A DNA stretch of 64,000 bases from the human T2T-CHM13v2.0 reference genome, Homo sapiens: assembly GCF_009914755.1 (NCBI RefSeq), contig NC_060940.1. One strand, written 5' to 3'. Made by a program: the position numbers and the translations under genes. How positions within the stretch are numbered: position 1 is the first letter of the stretch; the number at the start of each line of letters is the position of its first letter. Positions 29,215 through 61,315 of this stretch are shown in pieces. Below the pieces are notes generated by a model. That model was not told the DNA's origin and searched no databases. It saw only the letters and a list, made by a program, of their open reading frames with translations.

Positions 29215-30304
29215 GGCTCCAGGACCCAGCGGCGGCTGCGGCGGGAGCCGGCCGCATGAGACGCTCCCGCCCATTGGCCCGCCGTATCCGCCACCGCCAT
29301 TGGCCCGCCCCGGCCGGCCGCAGGGGCTGTGCACGTCACAGCGCCGTGAGTTAGTGCGCTAATGGAGTGAAGGAGAGAGGCGGGATTGACAGCCTCTCTG
29401 GCGGTCCGGAGGCGGGACTAGGAGGACGTCCCGGTAACGATTGGGCAGGGTCCTGCGTAAGGGCGCATGCGACACTGGAAGTAGCGAGCAACTGGATTGG
29501 CTGCCTCCGTCGCAAAGGAGGGTGGGTCTTGCATTCTCGGGCCTGACGATTGGTCTTTCCAAGTGCCGGAAGCAACAGGGATGTCGTCTGGAAACAAAAT
29601 CTGGTATTGAAGCGCAGGGAGACAAAACGTCCACCTCTAGAGCCGAGGCGGCGGTTGCCTGTCGCGTGCCCGTGGTCTTCTGCCTGCCCCCGGGCATCTC
29701 GGGCCACGTCCGGCCCGGCCTCCGGCCGCGCTGCCCTAACGGGCGTCACGGGGCATGAAGAGCTCTGGGCGGCTGCGAGGGGAGGGTACCGGGGCAGCGG
29801 GGCGGTCGCTCGGGGCTCCCGCGCGGTGACTCTTGCTCTGCCGTCGAAGAGAACGGCCCTCGGGCGCGTCGCGGCCGCGGCTCCAGAGCCCCTGGGCCTC
29901 GCGCTCTGAGAGCCTGAGCCGCTTGAGGAGGCCAAGCGCCCACGAACCGCATTCCCTGCCTTGCTAGTTAGTTCTCCAACACGCGAAAAAGGTAGACGAG
30001 GACTGGTTTTCTTTGCAGCTAAAATGAATCAAGCCTCTGGTAAGTGTGGATCCTGTTCTAAGTGCACCTGTGTTCTCCTCCAGAACTAAACCAAAAAGCA
30101 AGGTGAACAAAATCGGTGCTCCTTCAGTTTCTTCTTTAGTTCTGCATGTTACTGGGGACTAAGACAACGGGTAAGCAAACTATTTATAGGCCTCAATTTA
30201 CGAAATAACGGAATTGCAAAGTCCGGAGTGGATAGGACCGTGAGGACGGTCTTTTTTCTTGGGCAACACGCATTATGGTCGAGAGATCAGTTGTTAAACC
30301 GCCC

Positions 30305-30810
30305 CTGTTCAAATCCCAGCCCTACCAGTGACTAGCGGTCACCCTGTAGGCTTTGTCTCTCAGATCTTCAGTTTCTTGGTGGGTAAAATGGGAACTACAA
30401 GTAGCACCTATTCTTTTTTTTTTTTTTTTTTGAGTCAGGGTCTCACTCTGTCGCCCATGCTGGAGTGCAGTGCTAACTGCAGCCTCAGCTTCCCGGGCTC
30501 AGAGGATCCTCCCACCTTAGCCTACTAAGTAGGTGGGACCACAGTCAGGCATCACCACACCCGGCTAATTTTTTAAATTTTCGTAGAGATAGGCTCTCTG
30601 TGTGTTTCCCAGGCTGGTCTTGAAATCCTGGACTCAAGCGACCCTCCCTCCTCAGCTTCCCAAAGTGCTGGGATTAGAGGCATGAGCCACGGTGCGGGCC
30701 AGGAGCACCTATTTCATAGGCCCATCGGGAAGATTAAATGAAGGGGCTGTGGAGGCTGTAGCACGGTGCTTGGCACGTATGTGAGCTCTGGGGAAACATT
30801 AGTTATGCTA
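30305..30810. mobile_element. MIR split by an antisense AluJ (30414-30700)
   Basis: MIR motifs TTCAAATCCCAGC, GTAAAATGGG, AGATTAAATGA, AGCACGGTGCTTGGCAC; TSD AGCACCTATT around the Alu. Confidence 0.75.
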
Positions 30811-31474
30811 TAACTGGACCTTCAGCCTTCTCTAGGCAGCCAGATTTCGGGCTCCACCCACAACTAGTCACGCCATTGGATGAGGGGTGAGCGCCTGATA
30901 AAAACAGCCGGCGTATGCGCTGATGTGCGTTCACGAAGAGGTGATCCAAGTGTTTCCATATTTGCCTCACTGGACGAAGTATTTGGTAAAATTGACGAAA
31001 TTCAGAGTCCTGGACCCCATCATCACCTATGGAATTATTCTAGATGAGAGGGGACTAGGCATTGGCATTTTTTTATTTTGGTCCCTTACAATACTCATCA
31101 TTGGGAAAATTTGAAAAACATCAACCTAAGCCGTCATGCTCGCACTCGAGAATGTTTCCCCTAGGCTGATTGACGGGCAGTGGTATTCACAGGTGCGGTC
31201 AGCGCAGTCCAGCTTCAAACTTCCGGGGATCAAGTGATCCTCCCGCCTGAGGAGCTGAGATTACAGGCCTGCACCACCATGCTCATCTATCAGGGGAATT
31301 TAAAGTGCAAAATATTAATATGAGTAAGCAGGCAGTTGGCCTTCGAAACAGAATCTGAAAATACACTAAGGTAAAAGCAAACTGAATTTCGACAGAAGTA
31401 GAACGTGTATGGTAGAGAAAAGAAATGCAGAGTAAAGGGAAAGGAGCCAGGAAATGCACTAATTAGAAAATCTT

Positions 31475-38925
<7,451 letters not shown>

Positions 38926-39366
38926 AAACAACACAGGGAGAGCATAGGTGCTCAGTGTCATATGAATTAATACATTTTGTTACTGAAACCCAGTTTTACT
39001 TTGCAACTTTAAATTTTTTTCAGAAACATTAAAGAATATATTTTGTATGAGTTAAATATAGAAATGCTACTGGCTGTTCCTGAGTTTTAGTTTTAAATTA
39101 CTGTCAATCATTCCTCAGTGGTCCCATGCACAGTCCCCATGCTGCAGGGAGGCCAGCTCCTCTGGGCCTCGTGGAGTAACGGTGTTGCTTAGCCCATATC
39201 CTCCTGGACAAGTGCTTTGGTTCTTCCCTTTACCGGTAAAGTGTTGCAAACGTAGTCTATCGAGTTTGTTCTATTTCATCTGTTCTGTTTACGAAACTGT
39301 AACTTCATATAGGACTGCCTTAGGGCTGAAGTAAATAAACTGTCAACCTAAATAAAACATAAAACA

Positions 39367-43785
<4,419 letters not shown>

Positions 43786-44164
43786 TAGATCTTAAAATCA
43801 AAAAAAGTCCCAAAGATCAACTTCTGTCTCTGGAATGTTAAACGTTACTGTTTGATAGATGAGGCAACTGAAGTTTGTAGAGCACCTTGCCTGAAGCTTC
43901 AGCCCACAGCAGGAATAAGGGACAGAGCCTAGAATGCTTCTGCATCAACAGGGAACAAAGGCATGGGGTCTCCTCTCTGTCCACCTTCCCTTCCCACAGC
44001 CCAGGCTGAAAGGGCTGCCCTAGGCGCTCCTGAGGCCTCCTCTCTTATGGGGCTAGAGCTGAGGGAACCTGGGGTTGGTAGCCATCCAGAGACCTAAGGC
44101 GTGCCCTGACCCAAACCAGGAGTCACCAAGAGACTGCCTCTAGAGAATAGGCGGGGAAGGGAAG

Positions 44165-44330
44165 TCACACCAAGTCCAAGCGCAGAGTTCAGAGGGCTGA
44201 GGAGGGGTGACGCGGAAGTACAAATGAGTAAGCAGCAGTTAGGAAGTGTGCCAAGTCCTGACGTGCAGAGTTCAGAGGGCTGAGGAGGGGTGACACGGAA
44301 GCACAAATGAGCAAGCAGCAGTTAGGCAGT
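44165..44330. repeat. Tandem duplication, ~83 bp x2
   Basis: GCAGAGTTCAGAGGGCTGAGGAGGGGTGAC(G/A)CGGAAG(T/C)ACAAATGAG(T/C)AAGCAGCAGTTAGG at 44182 and 44265. Confidence 0.92.
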
Positions 44331-45127
44331 GCAGGAAGAACACACAGGCGGAGAAGGGAAAGCGAACGTCCTGCTCTGCTGCAGGCTATGAGGGCAAAGG
44401 CAGACCCGGGAGCCCACTGTCCTACAGATCCTTCTTCTTGAATCCAAATCATGCAGCAAAATAAAAACAAAACCCCCAAACCATGGGGCACCCGAATCCT
44501 TAAACAAAACCCCTACTGCTTGAGGCTACGTGAGCCTCTGCTGCTGCCGCCACTACAGCAGGGGCTGAAGCTGAGAGCTGAGAGTCACGGTTCACCTGTA
44601 GGGCCTGGGATGCAGCCAGCCTTCAAAGCACGGTTGTTAGAGATGAGTTTGAATAAATGCATAAATACTCTGTTCCCATATCCTCATTTCCCATGACGTC
44701 CCAGTAATAACTCTGGATGCCAAGGCTTCCTGGCTCGTCAGTTGCCCTCACACACATTTATTGCATTTTATCTTCATAACCACCCTGTGGGAAACCCAAG
44801 GCTGATATTAGCCTTGCTTTGCAGATAATTATCATCCCCATTTTACCGCTGAGAAGATTGAGGCTTGAGGAAGCTAATAACTTGCTTAAGGTCATAGGCC
44901 AGAGGAGACAGAACCCAGTGTTCTTTCCCCAGAGGAGGCCTCTTGCCAACACCCCACACTGCTTCTGATGAATTGCCAGGAAACAATTTTAACTTATCTC
45001 AAACAATATTAATAGGACTACACTTAAACTCCTCCCAAACACATCCAAATGTGTGCCCTCACCCTCTCTCCAGCCTTGTCCCGTGACCAACCCAACCAAA
45101 CTTCCGAAAGGGTTTTTTGTGTTCTAG

Positions 45128-45495
<368 letters not shown>

Positions 45496-46179
45496 CCACC
45501 TGGTGTCTTTCAATCAGGGAAAGAAAAAATAGTGGAGGAGGAAACGGCAAGGTTGGATTCACTGCGAAGGCTGACTGTACAATAAGAAGCAAAAGGAAAA
45601 GCGGTTCAGTTGTGAAAATCAGTGTCAGCCCTGGGTGTAGGGGAAGGTCCTCTCCACAAACCAACAGAACACCTCCCCAGCCCCGAGCACCTCTGCCGAG
45701 GCACCCGGCCCACTGGAGGGCTGAGGGCGGATAACCACGATAACTGAAAACACTTTCCTGAGCGTCTCGGGGCTGAGGAAGAGGGAGGATTACACGCAGC
45801 CCACTGGCTTTGCAACCTCGTCTGTAGTGGTGGAGTGAGTGCAGGTCCAGAAACAAACCAGACCGGCCTTGAAATTCTGCCCTAACTTCAGAGCTGTAAT
45901 CCTAGGCAGGTTACTTTTAATACTTCTGAATCTTTCTTTACATGTAAAATAGAGGTATTGTATTCGCTGCACAGGGTTGTGAATATTACATGGGTGTTCG
46001 ACACGGAGCTAGGCACTCGGTGATGTTGGCTGTCGTCACTGGCATTCACTGTTACGAATTTGCGGAGTACAGAAAAGCATAAAAATAAATAGGTCACCCT
46101 CATCCTACCTCTGTGACAGACCATCTAGTCTTTGCTTTTCCTACTCAACAAGCTTTCCAGCTCTTGGCGTCAGCTCTAG

Positions 46180-47620
<1,441 letters not shown>

Positions 47621-48453
47621 CTTCCAGTTAGGGTGGTTATTGCCGAGTAGGGGGCCCAGAACGTTTCTGTGTCCGCAAAATACCCTGTAGCTGCATTTTG
47701 CTGTTGTCATGTAGCTCGGCACGTTATTGATACAGTCATTGAGCACCCCCTGTAGTGCGGCCTTGTTTCAGGTTCTGCTAAGGATAGGATAGCATCTCCT
47801 CCCGAAAACCAGACCTTGTGTCCTTCAGCTTTTGGGCTGAAGTTTTTTTCTCCTAGCCCTCGCCTAGGAGCTTAGCCCACACCTTTTAGGTTGTTGTTTT
47901 TTCGGTTATTTTTGAGACAGAGATCTCGCTCTGTCGCCCAGGCTGGAGTGCAATGGTCTTGGCTCACTGCAACCTCCGCCTCCCGGGTTCAAGCGATTCT
48001 CCTGCCTCAGCCTCCTGAGTAGCTGGGATTACGGGTGCGCGCCACCACACCCAGCTAATTTTTGTATTTTTAGTAGAGACGGGGTTTCACCATGTTGGCC
48101 AGGATGGTCTCCATCTCTTGACCTTGTGATCCGCCTGCCTCGGCCTCCCAAAGTGCTGGGATTACAGGGCGTGAGCCACCGCGCCCGGCCATAAAACATA
48201 TTTAAATGGGAAAATGTTTATCTTGAAAGGAGAACTCTGAAAGTATATTCTTGTTAACTGGTTTGGTACCTGGAAATGTTCTACAAGGAGCCACTCTCTG
48301 GTGACAGCAGGAGCCCCGTGTCTGGGCAGCCACTGTGGCCTTTGGAGAGCTGGGCTGCTCCCTTTCTCCTGCAGAAGCTTCAGGCCATGGGATAGCAGCC
48401 AATGTACTTCTGTGTTTTGTTTTCTTCTTTTTTTTTTTTTTTTTTTTTTGTGA

Positions 48454-48928
<475 letters not shown>

Positions 48929-49100
48929 TAACCTGTTTACTTGCTTTTGACATTTTGATGTTACCTAAAGCTTTGACCTATTGCTCAGACTATTACTTTA
49001 TATTTCAGGGCAATGTAGATATTACAAATAATTATATATTTGAACTTTTAAAAACGATTTTTAGTCTGCATTGCTTTGGTACTCTCTAATGTTGGTGTGA

Positions 49101-49316
<216 letters not shown>

Positions 49317-50486
49317 TAGAGACGGGATCTCGCCCTGTTGCACGGGCTGGAGTGCAGTACAATGGTGTGATCAGAGCTCACTACAGCCTAGAACTCCTGG
49401 GCTCAAGGGATCCTCCCCACTTTGCTTCCGGAGTAGCTAGGACTACAGGCGTGTACCGTCACACTCGGCTAATTGTTTTTTGTAGAGACAAGGTCTCACT
49501 TTGTTGTCCAGGCCCAAAGGGGCCTCTTTACTCCCTTATCCCCCAGTTGCAGAGCCTTGACCTCTTAGGCTGGAGTGATCCTCCCACCTCAGCCTTCCAT
49601 AGAGCCAGGACTCCAGGCACACACCAAAGCGCCTAGCTAATTTTTGGGGGGTATTTTTTGTGGAGATGGGGTTTTGCCACGTTTCCCAGGCTGGTCTTAA
49701 ACTCCTGGACTCAAGCGATCAGCCTGCCTTGGCCTCCCAAAGTGTTGAGATCACAGGCATGAGCCACCGCATCTGGCCAAGTTGTCCTTTTTTAAAAAAA
49801 ATTCTGCTGTATTCCAGTAATTGGGCTGCTTGAAAAAGGTTTTTCGTGTTATCTAGTCAGCTGCAAGAATGTTTAGTAAGGATTTACAAAGTGGCTACAG
49901 ATGTTTTATATCCACACAATCACTAAAAATACCCTGCAAATAATTTGCTCTTCAATAAATCATTTAATGAAACCTTGTGACATTCTTTGGTCTCTCTTGG
50001 CTTTAGGTTAAAGAACCTGAAGGATTGACACCTCTCACTTTTATTTCACGCTCCCCTTTATGGAGTTGGAACAGGGAAAAAGTAAAATATTTCTACTCCT
50101 AACTAACATTAAACAGCTTTGTGCCAACACATGGGTAGGGAGAGTGCCGTGCCCACTGGCCGTGCATCAGCAACTGGCTCATCTGCTGTCAGTGTTTAAC
50201 GTCAGCTCACGGGTGCCTGTGGCTGTGAAACAGGAAGCACATGCTTCAGCCTCCTTAAGCCTGAGGTGACATGCAAGTGGCAACCGGGGCCGTTTCACTG
50301 GTGAACCCGTTCATGTCTTTGTGAAGAAAGTTACATTTCAGGTCATGGTTGTGAAACTCTTTCCCTATTTTTATTATTTTTTATTATTATTTGAGATAGG
50401 GTCTTGCCCTGTTGCCCAGGTGCAATCTCTACTCACTGCAGCTTCAACCTCCTGGGCCCAGGTTCTCCTCCCACTCAGCGTCCTGA

Positions 50487-50757
<271 letters not shown>

Positions 50758-50872
50758 TAGCCAGGATGGTCTCGATCTCCTGACCTCGTGATCCACCCGA
50801 CTCGGCCTCCCAAAGTGCTGGGATTACAGGCGTGCGCCACTGCACCTGGCCTCCCCCATTTGTAAACGCTGA

Positions 50873-51188
<316 letters not shown>

Positions 51189-51566
51189 TGAACCACCTGC
51201 CTCGGTCTCCCAAAGTGCTGGGATTACAGGCATGAGCCACCACGCCTGGCGTGTTTAAGTTCTTTTAAAGCAACTTCATATATTAAAGGGATTCGTGATA
51301 TTTTCCCAGATTTGTGTTCATAACTATTTTTTATTCCCTCACATTAGCAATTTAAGTAGCAAAGATATTTAACGTAAGTTAAAATAGTTTATTATTTTGT
51401 AATTAGGAAATACTGGACTAAGTGATATAGGATATGCTTTATTTCATATTTATAAATCTTATGGATATAAGTAGGTTTTTCAGATGGTTTTTGTTTTGCT
51501 TTGGTTATTTAGGAGTACACTGTTGTCCTGTATGCCTCCCCTGTGGTTGCAAAACTTAATTGTTAA

Positions 51567-51689
<123 letters not shown>

Positions 51690-51880
51690 TGATGTTCTTC
51701 AGTCAGTAGCTGCCTCTGGATGTCTTTACATTTCTGTTTTCCTTTTAGCAAGGTGAAACCAGTCTGGAAAATGGGGAGATGGGCCGGGTGCAGTGGCTCA
51801 CACTTGTAATCGAAACGCTTTGGGAGGCCCAGGTGGAAGGATCACTTGAGGCCTATACCACATAGCGAGACCCTGTCTCA

Positions 51881-52171
<291 letters not shown>

Positions 52172-52865
52172 TTAAATTTAAATTTAAAAAGACCCTATCT
52201 ATACAGAAAGAAAAGAAGAAAATAATTGGCCAGGCGTGGTGGTGTGCACCTGTAGTCATAGCTCAGGAGTTGGAGGAGCTTGAGCCCAGGAGTTGGAGGC
52301 TCAGCTTCAGACTCACAGCCCCAGGGGGCAGAAGGGTTGAACTCAGCTTCAGGAATGCTTTGCTTTTGGATCCTTGAGGCCTCTCGCTGGAAATCAGCGT
52401 TGTAAGATGGACGCCCTGCTCAGCAGAGCTCATCTTTCTAGAAAGGCACCTGGCCTTGGAAGGCGAGTGAGGAACTGTCATAAGGACTTTTTCTTCCCAT
52501 GTTGCTTTTCAGGAAAGCTTTCAGGATGTGGAAATGATGGTTCAGCTATTGGATGAGGGGATTATTATTGTGAATTCGAGTTTAGCAGGAGTTTGTTTCA
52601 GGAGTGACGTCCTTCTTGATTGATTTTGTGTGAGACGCTGCATTTGCCAAGGCCAGGGACAGCTTTACTCTGTGAGAGAGGAGCTCTGACTCTCCCTACT
52701 GAGCTCTCGAGGGGAGGTCATAACTGCGGGAAGGGACACCAGTGTTTCGCAGGTGGATTCAGTTTAGGCGTTTCTGGCTTTAGGCTCATCTTCAGCTTAC
52801 TGTTGGTTTTACGGTAAGTGTCAATGCTTACAGCCACTCAGAACTATCTTCTAAAAGACTTCTGA

Positions 52866-53374
<509 letters not shown>

Positions 53375-53553
53375 TGATCTGCTCACCTTGGCCTCCCAAA
53401 GTTCTAGGATTACAGGCGTGAGCCACCGCGTCAGGCCCTCTTTTTGTATAGTAGAGATGAGGTTTTGTCTTGTTGGCCAGGCTGGTCTCAAACTCCTGAC
53501 CTCAGGTGATTCACCCACCTTGGCCTCCCAAAGTGCTGAGATTACAGGTGTGA

Positions 53554-53781
<228 letters not shown>

Positions 53782-53896
53782 TAGCCAGGATGGTCTCAAT
53801 CTCCTGACCTCGTGATCTGCGTGCCTCAGCCTCCCAAAGTGCTGGGATTACAGGAGTGGGCCACCGCACCCAGCCCTGGACCTTTTTTTTTTTTAA

Positions 53897-54127
<231 letters not shown>

Positions 54128-54300
54128 TGAACTCCTGACCTCGTGATCTCCCCACTTCGGCCTCCCAAAGTGCTGGGATTACAGGTGTGAGCCACCACGC
54201 CCGGCTGACCTTTTTATAAAAAAAAATTTGCTGGGTAGGTGCGGTGGCTCACACCTGTAATCTGAGCACTTTGGGAGGCCAAGGTGGGATGATCACTTGA

Positions 54301-54729
<429 letters not shown>

Positions 54730-55312
54730 TGATTCTCCTGCCTCAACCTCACGAATAGCTGGGATCACAGGCATGCAACACCAAGCCCAGCTAATTTTTG
54801 TAGTTTTGGTAGAGACCTGGTTTGGCCACGTTGGTCAGGCTAGTCTCAAACTTCTCACCTCAGGTGATCCACTCGCCTTGGTCTCCGAAAGTGCTGGGAT
54901 TACAGGTGTGAGCCACCACGCCCGGCCGTTCGTTTTTTTAATAAAAGAAGAAAGTTAGATCACTTGGGGCCAGGAGTTCGAGACCAGCCTGGCTAACATG
55001 GTGAAACCCCTTGTCTACTAAAAATACCAAAAAAAAAAAAAATTAGCCAGGTGTGGTGTACGTGCTTGTAATCCCAGCTACTCCGGAGTCTGAGGCGTGA
55101 GCATCGTTTGAACCTGGTAGGCAGAGGTTGCAGGGAGCTGAGATTGTGCCATTGCACTTCAGCCTGGATAATACAGTGAGACCTTTCTGTCTCAAACATA
55201 AAAAATTAAGAAAGAAAAGGCCGGGCGTGGTGGCTCATGCCTGTCATCCCAGCACTTTGGGAGGCCAAGGCGAGCAGATCACAAGGTCAGGAGATCGAGA
55301 CCATTTTAGCTA

Positions 55313-55776
<464 letters not shown>

Positions 55777-55879
55777 TCATAGAAGAGGGAAGAATTGTGT
55801 GGCCTGTGCGGATTCTGCATTCAGCCTTGTGTGTTGTGTTACGGTTAACCAGGGACGTGTGCCCCACTAATAACTCTGA

Positions 55880-56035
55880 TTCCTGGAAGGAATGGCATGG
55901 CAGCCTCCGTTGTCATGGTTCCTGGAGGGAATGGCATGGCAGCCTCCGTTGTCATGGTTCCTGGAAGGAATGGCATGGCAGCCTCCGTTGTCATGGTTCC
56001 TGGAAGGAATGGCATGGCAGCCTCCGTTGCCATGG
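55880..56035. repeat. Minisatellite, 39 bp x4
   Basis: TTCCTGGAAGGAATGGCATGGCAGCCTCCGTTGTCATGG at 55880, 55919, 55958 and 55997; only two substitutions in the whole array. Confidence 0.97.
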
Positions 56036-56213
56036 CAAGGCAAAGCCATGGCAGCTTCCTGGTTATCACTCCTGGCATGTGGTAGGTGCTTGTCCAGTGA
56101 AATCCTAGTCGTTGCTGCATTGGCAGGTGCCCTGGCGTGAGGAAGGGCAGGCAGTCACCATGCCCTTTGCTCTCCTGGGCCCTGCATCTGCTTATGGATG
56201 AGGCTGCGTGTAG

Positions 56214-60440
<4,227 letters not shown>

Positions 60441-60471
60441 GGGACACTGTTGATACAGTCACAGAGCTGAA

Positions 60472-60632
60472 GGAGCAGCATGGGTCGTGATTCTGGATCG
60501 TCCCTCCAGGGCAGCTAGAGTAGCTGCTGGGAAGTATTTCTCTCAGTTTCCCGGGAGCAGTGTGGGTCGTGATTCTGGATTGGCCCTCCAGGGCAGCTAG
60601 AGTAGCTGCTGGGAAGTATTTCTCAGTTTCCC
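60472..60632. repeat. Tandem duplication, ~82 bp x2
   Basis: TGGGTCGTGATTCTGGAT...CCCTCCAGGGCAGCTAGAGTAGCTGCTGGGAAGTATTTC...TCAGTTTCCC at 60481 and 60563. Confidence 0.93.
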
Positions 60633-61058
60633 AGTGCACCCCATGTTTCTAGTAGAAAACACAATTGGTAATTAAATATTGGAAGTAGTTTCTAACAATT
60701 GGATACTCACCTGAGAACATAAATTTGCTCTCTGAAATAAGCGGTGGGCTTTAAATAATTGCCTTTGTGAATATGAAATTTAAGTATTAGATGCACGATT
60801 AGGATCGATTGTAACAAAACAGTGATATCTAAAATATACCTTCATGTTTTCAAAGTAATTATTTTGCCACCTTTTTAGTGGGTTTCATTTTGTGTTTTTA
60901 AGCCGATTTAAAAATTGTTTGAATTCGTCTAAAATGATTGTTGGAAAGGAAGGTGGTACATGGGACGTGCCCAGGCCAGGCTTTGATCCCAGCATGAAGC
61001 CCCCGCAAGACAATGCAGGAGGAGAAGAGCTGTGAATCTCAAGAAGACGTGAGCCTCT

Positions 61059-61315
61059 CGTCCCGGCTGCTGGGTCCGTGGCGGTTTGTCCGCAGGCGCA
61101 GGTGTTCTGGAAATGACGTCGTTACCGCCGCTGGGTCTGTGGCGGTTTGTCCGCAGGCGCTGGTGTTCTGGAAATGACGTCGTTCCCGCCGCTGGGTCCG
61201 TGGCGCTGTGTCCGCAGGCGCAGGGGCGCAGGTGTTCTGGAGATGATGTCGTTCCCGCTGCTGTGTCCGTGGTGGTTTGTCCGCAGGCGCAGGTGTTCTG
61301 CAGATGACGCCCTTC
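61059..61315. repeat. CpG-rich minisatellite, 61 bp x~4
   Basis: GCTGGGTCCGTGGCGGTTTGTCCGCAGGCGCAGGTGTTCTGGAAATGACGTCGTTCCCGCC with unit starts at 61069, 61130, 61191 and 61260 (unit 3 carries an 8-bp internal duplication). Confidence 0.93.

Larger units (their letters stand above)
27990..29990. promoter_or_regulatory. CpG island / bidirectional promoter of ANKRD11
   Basis: Very GC- and CpG-rich. Five ATTGG (CCAAT on minus) at 29273, 29299, 29440, 29496 and 29549; CACGTCAC at 29332; NRF1-like GCGCATGCG at 29463; ETS CCGGAAG at 29566; GC boxes; no TATA. Confidence 0.9.

Noticed and set aside
39105-39366. 3' UTR-like unique segment ending in AATAAA motifs (possible processed pseudogene), with palindrome TTTACCGGTAAA
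   Set aside because: Parent gene not recognisable, no poly(A) or TSD of its own, no ORF; would need BLAT.
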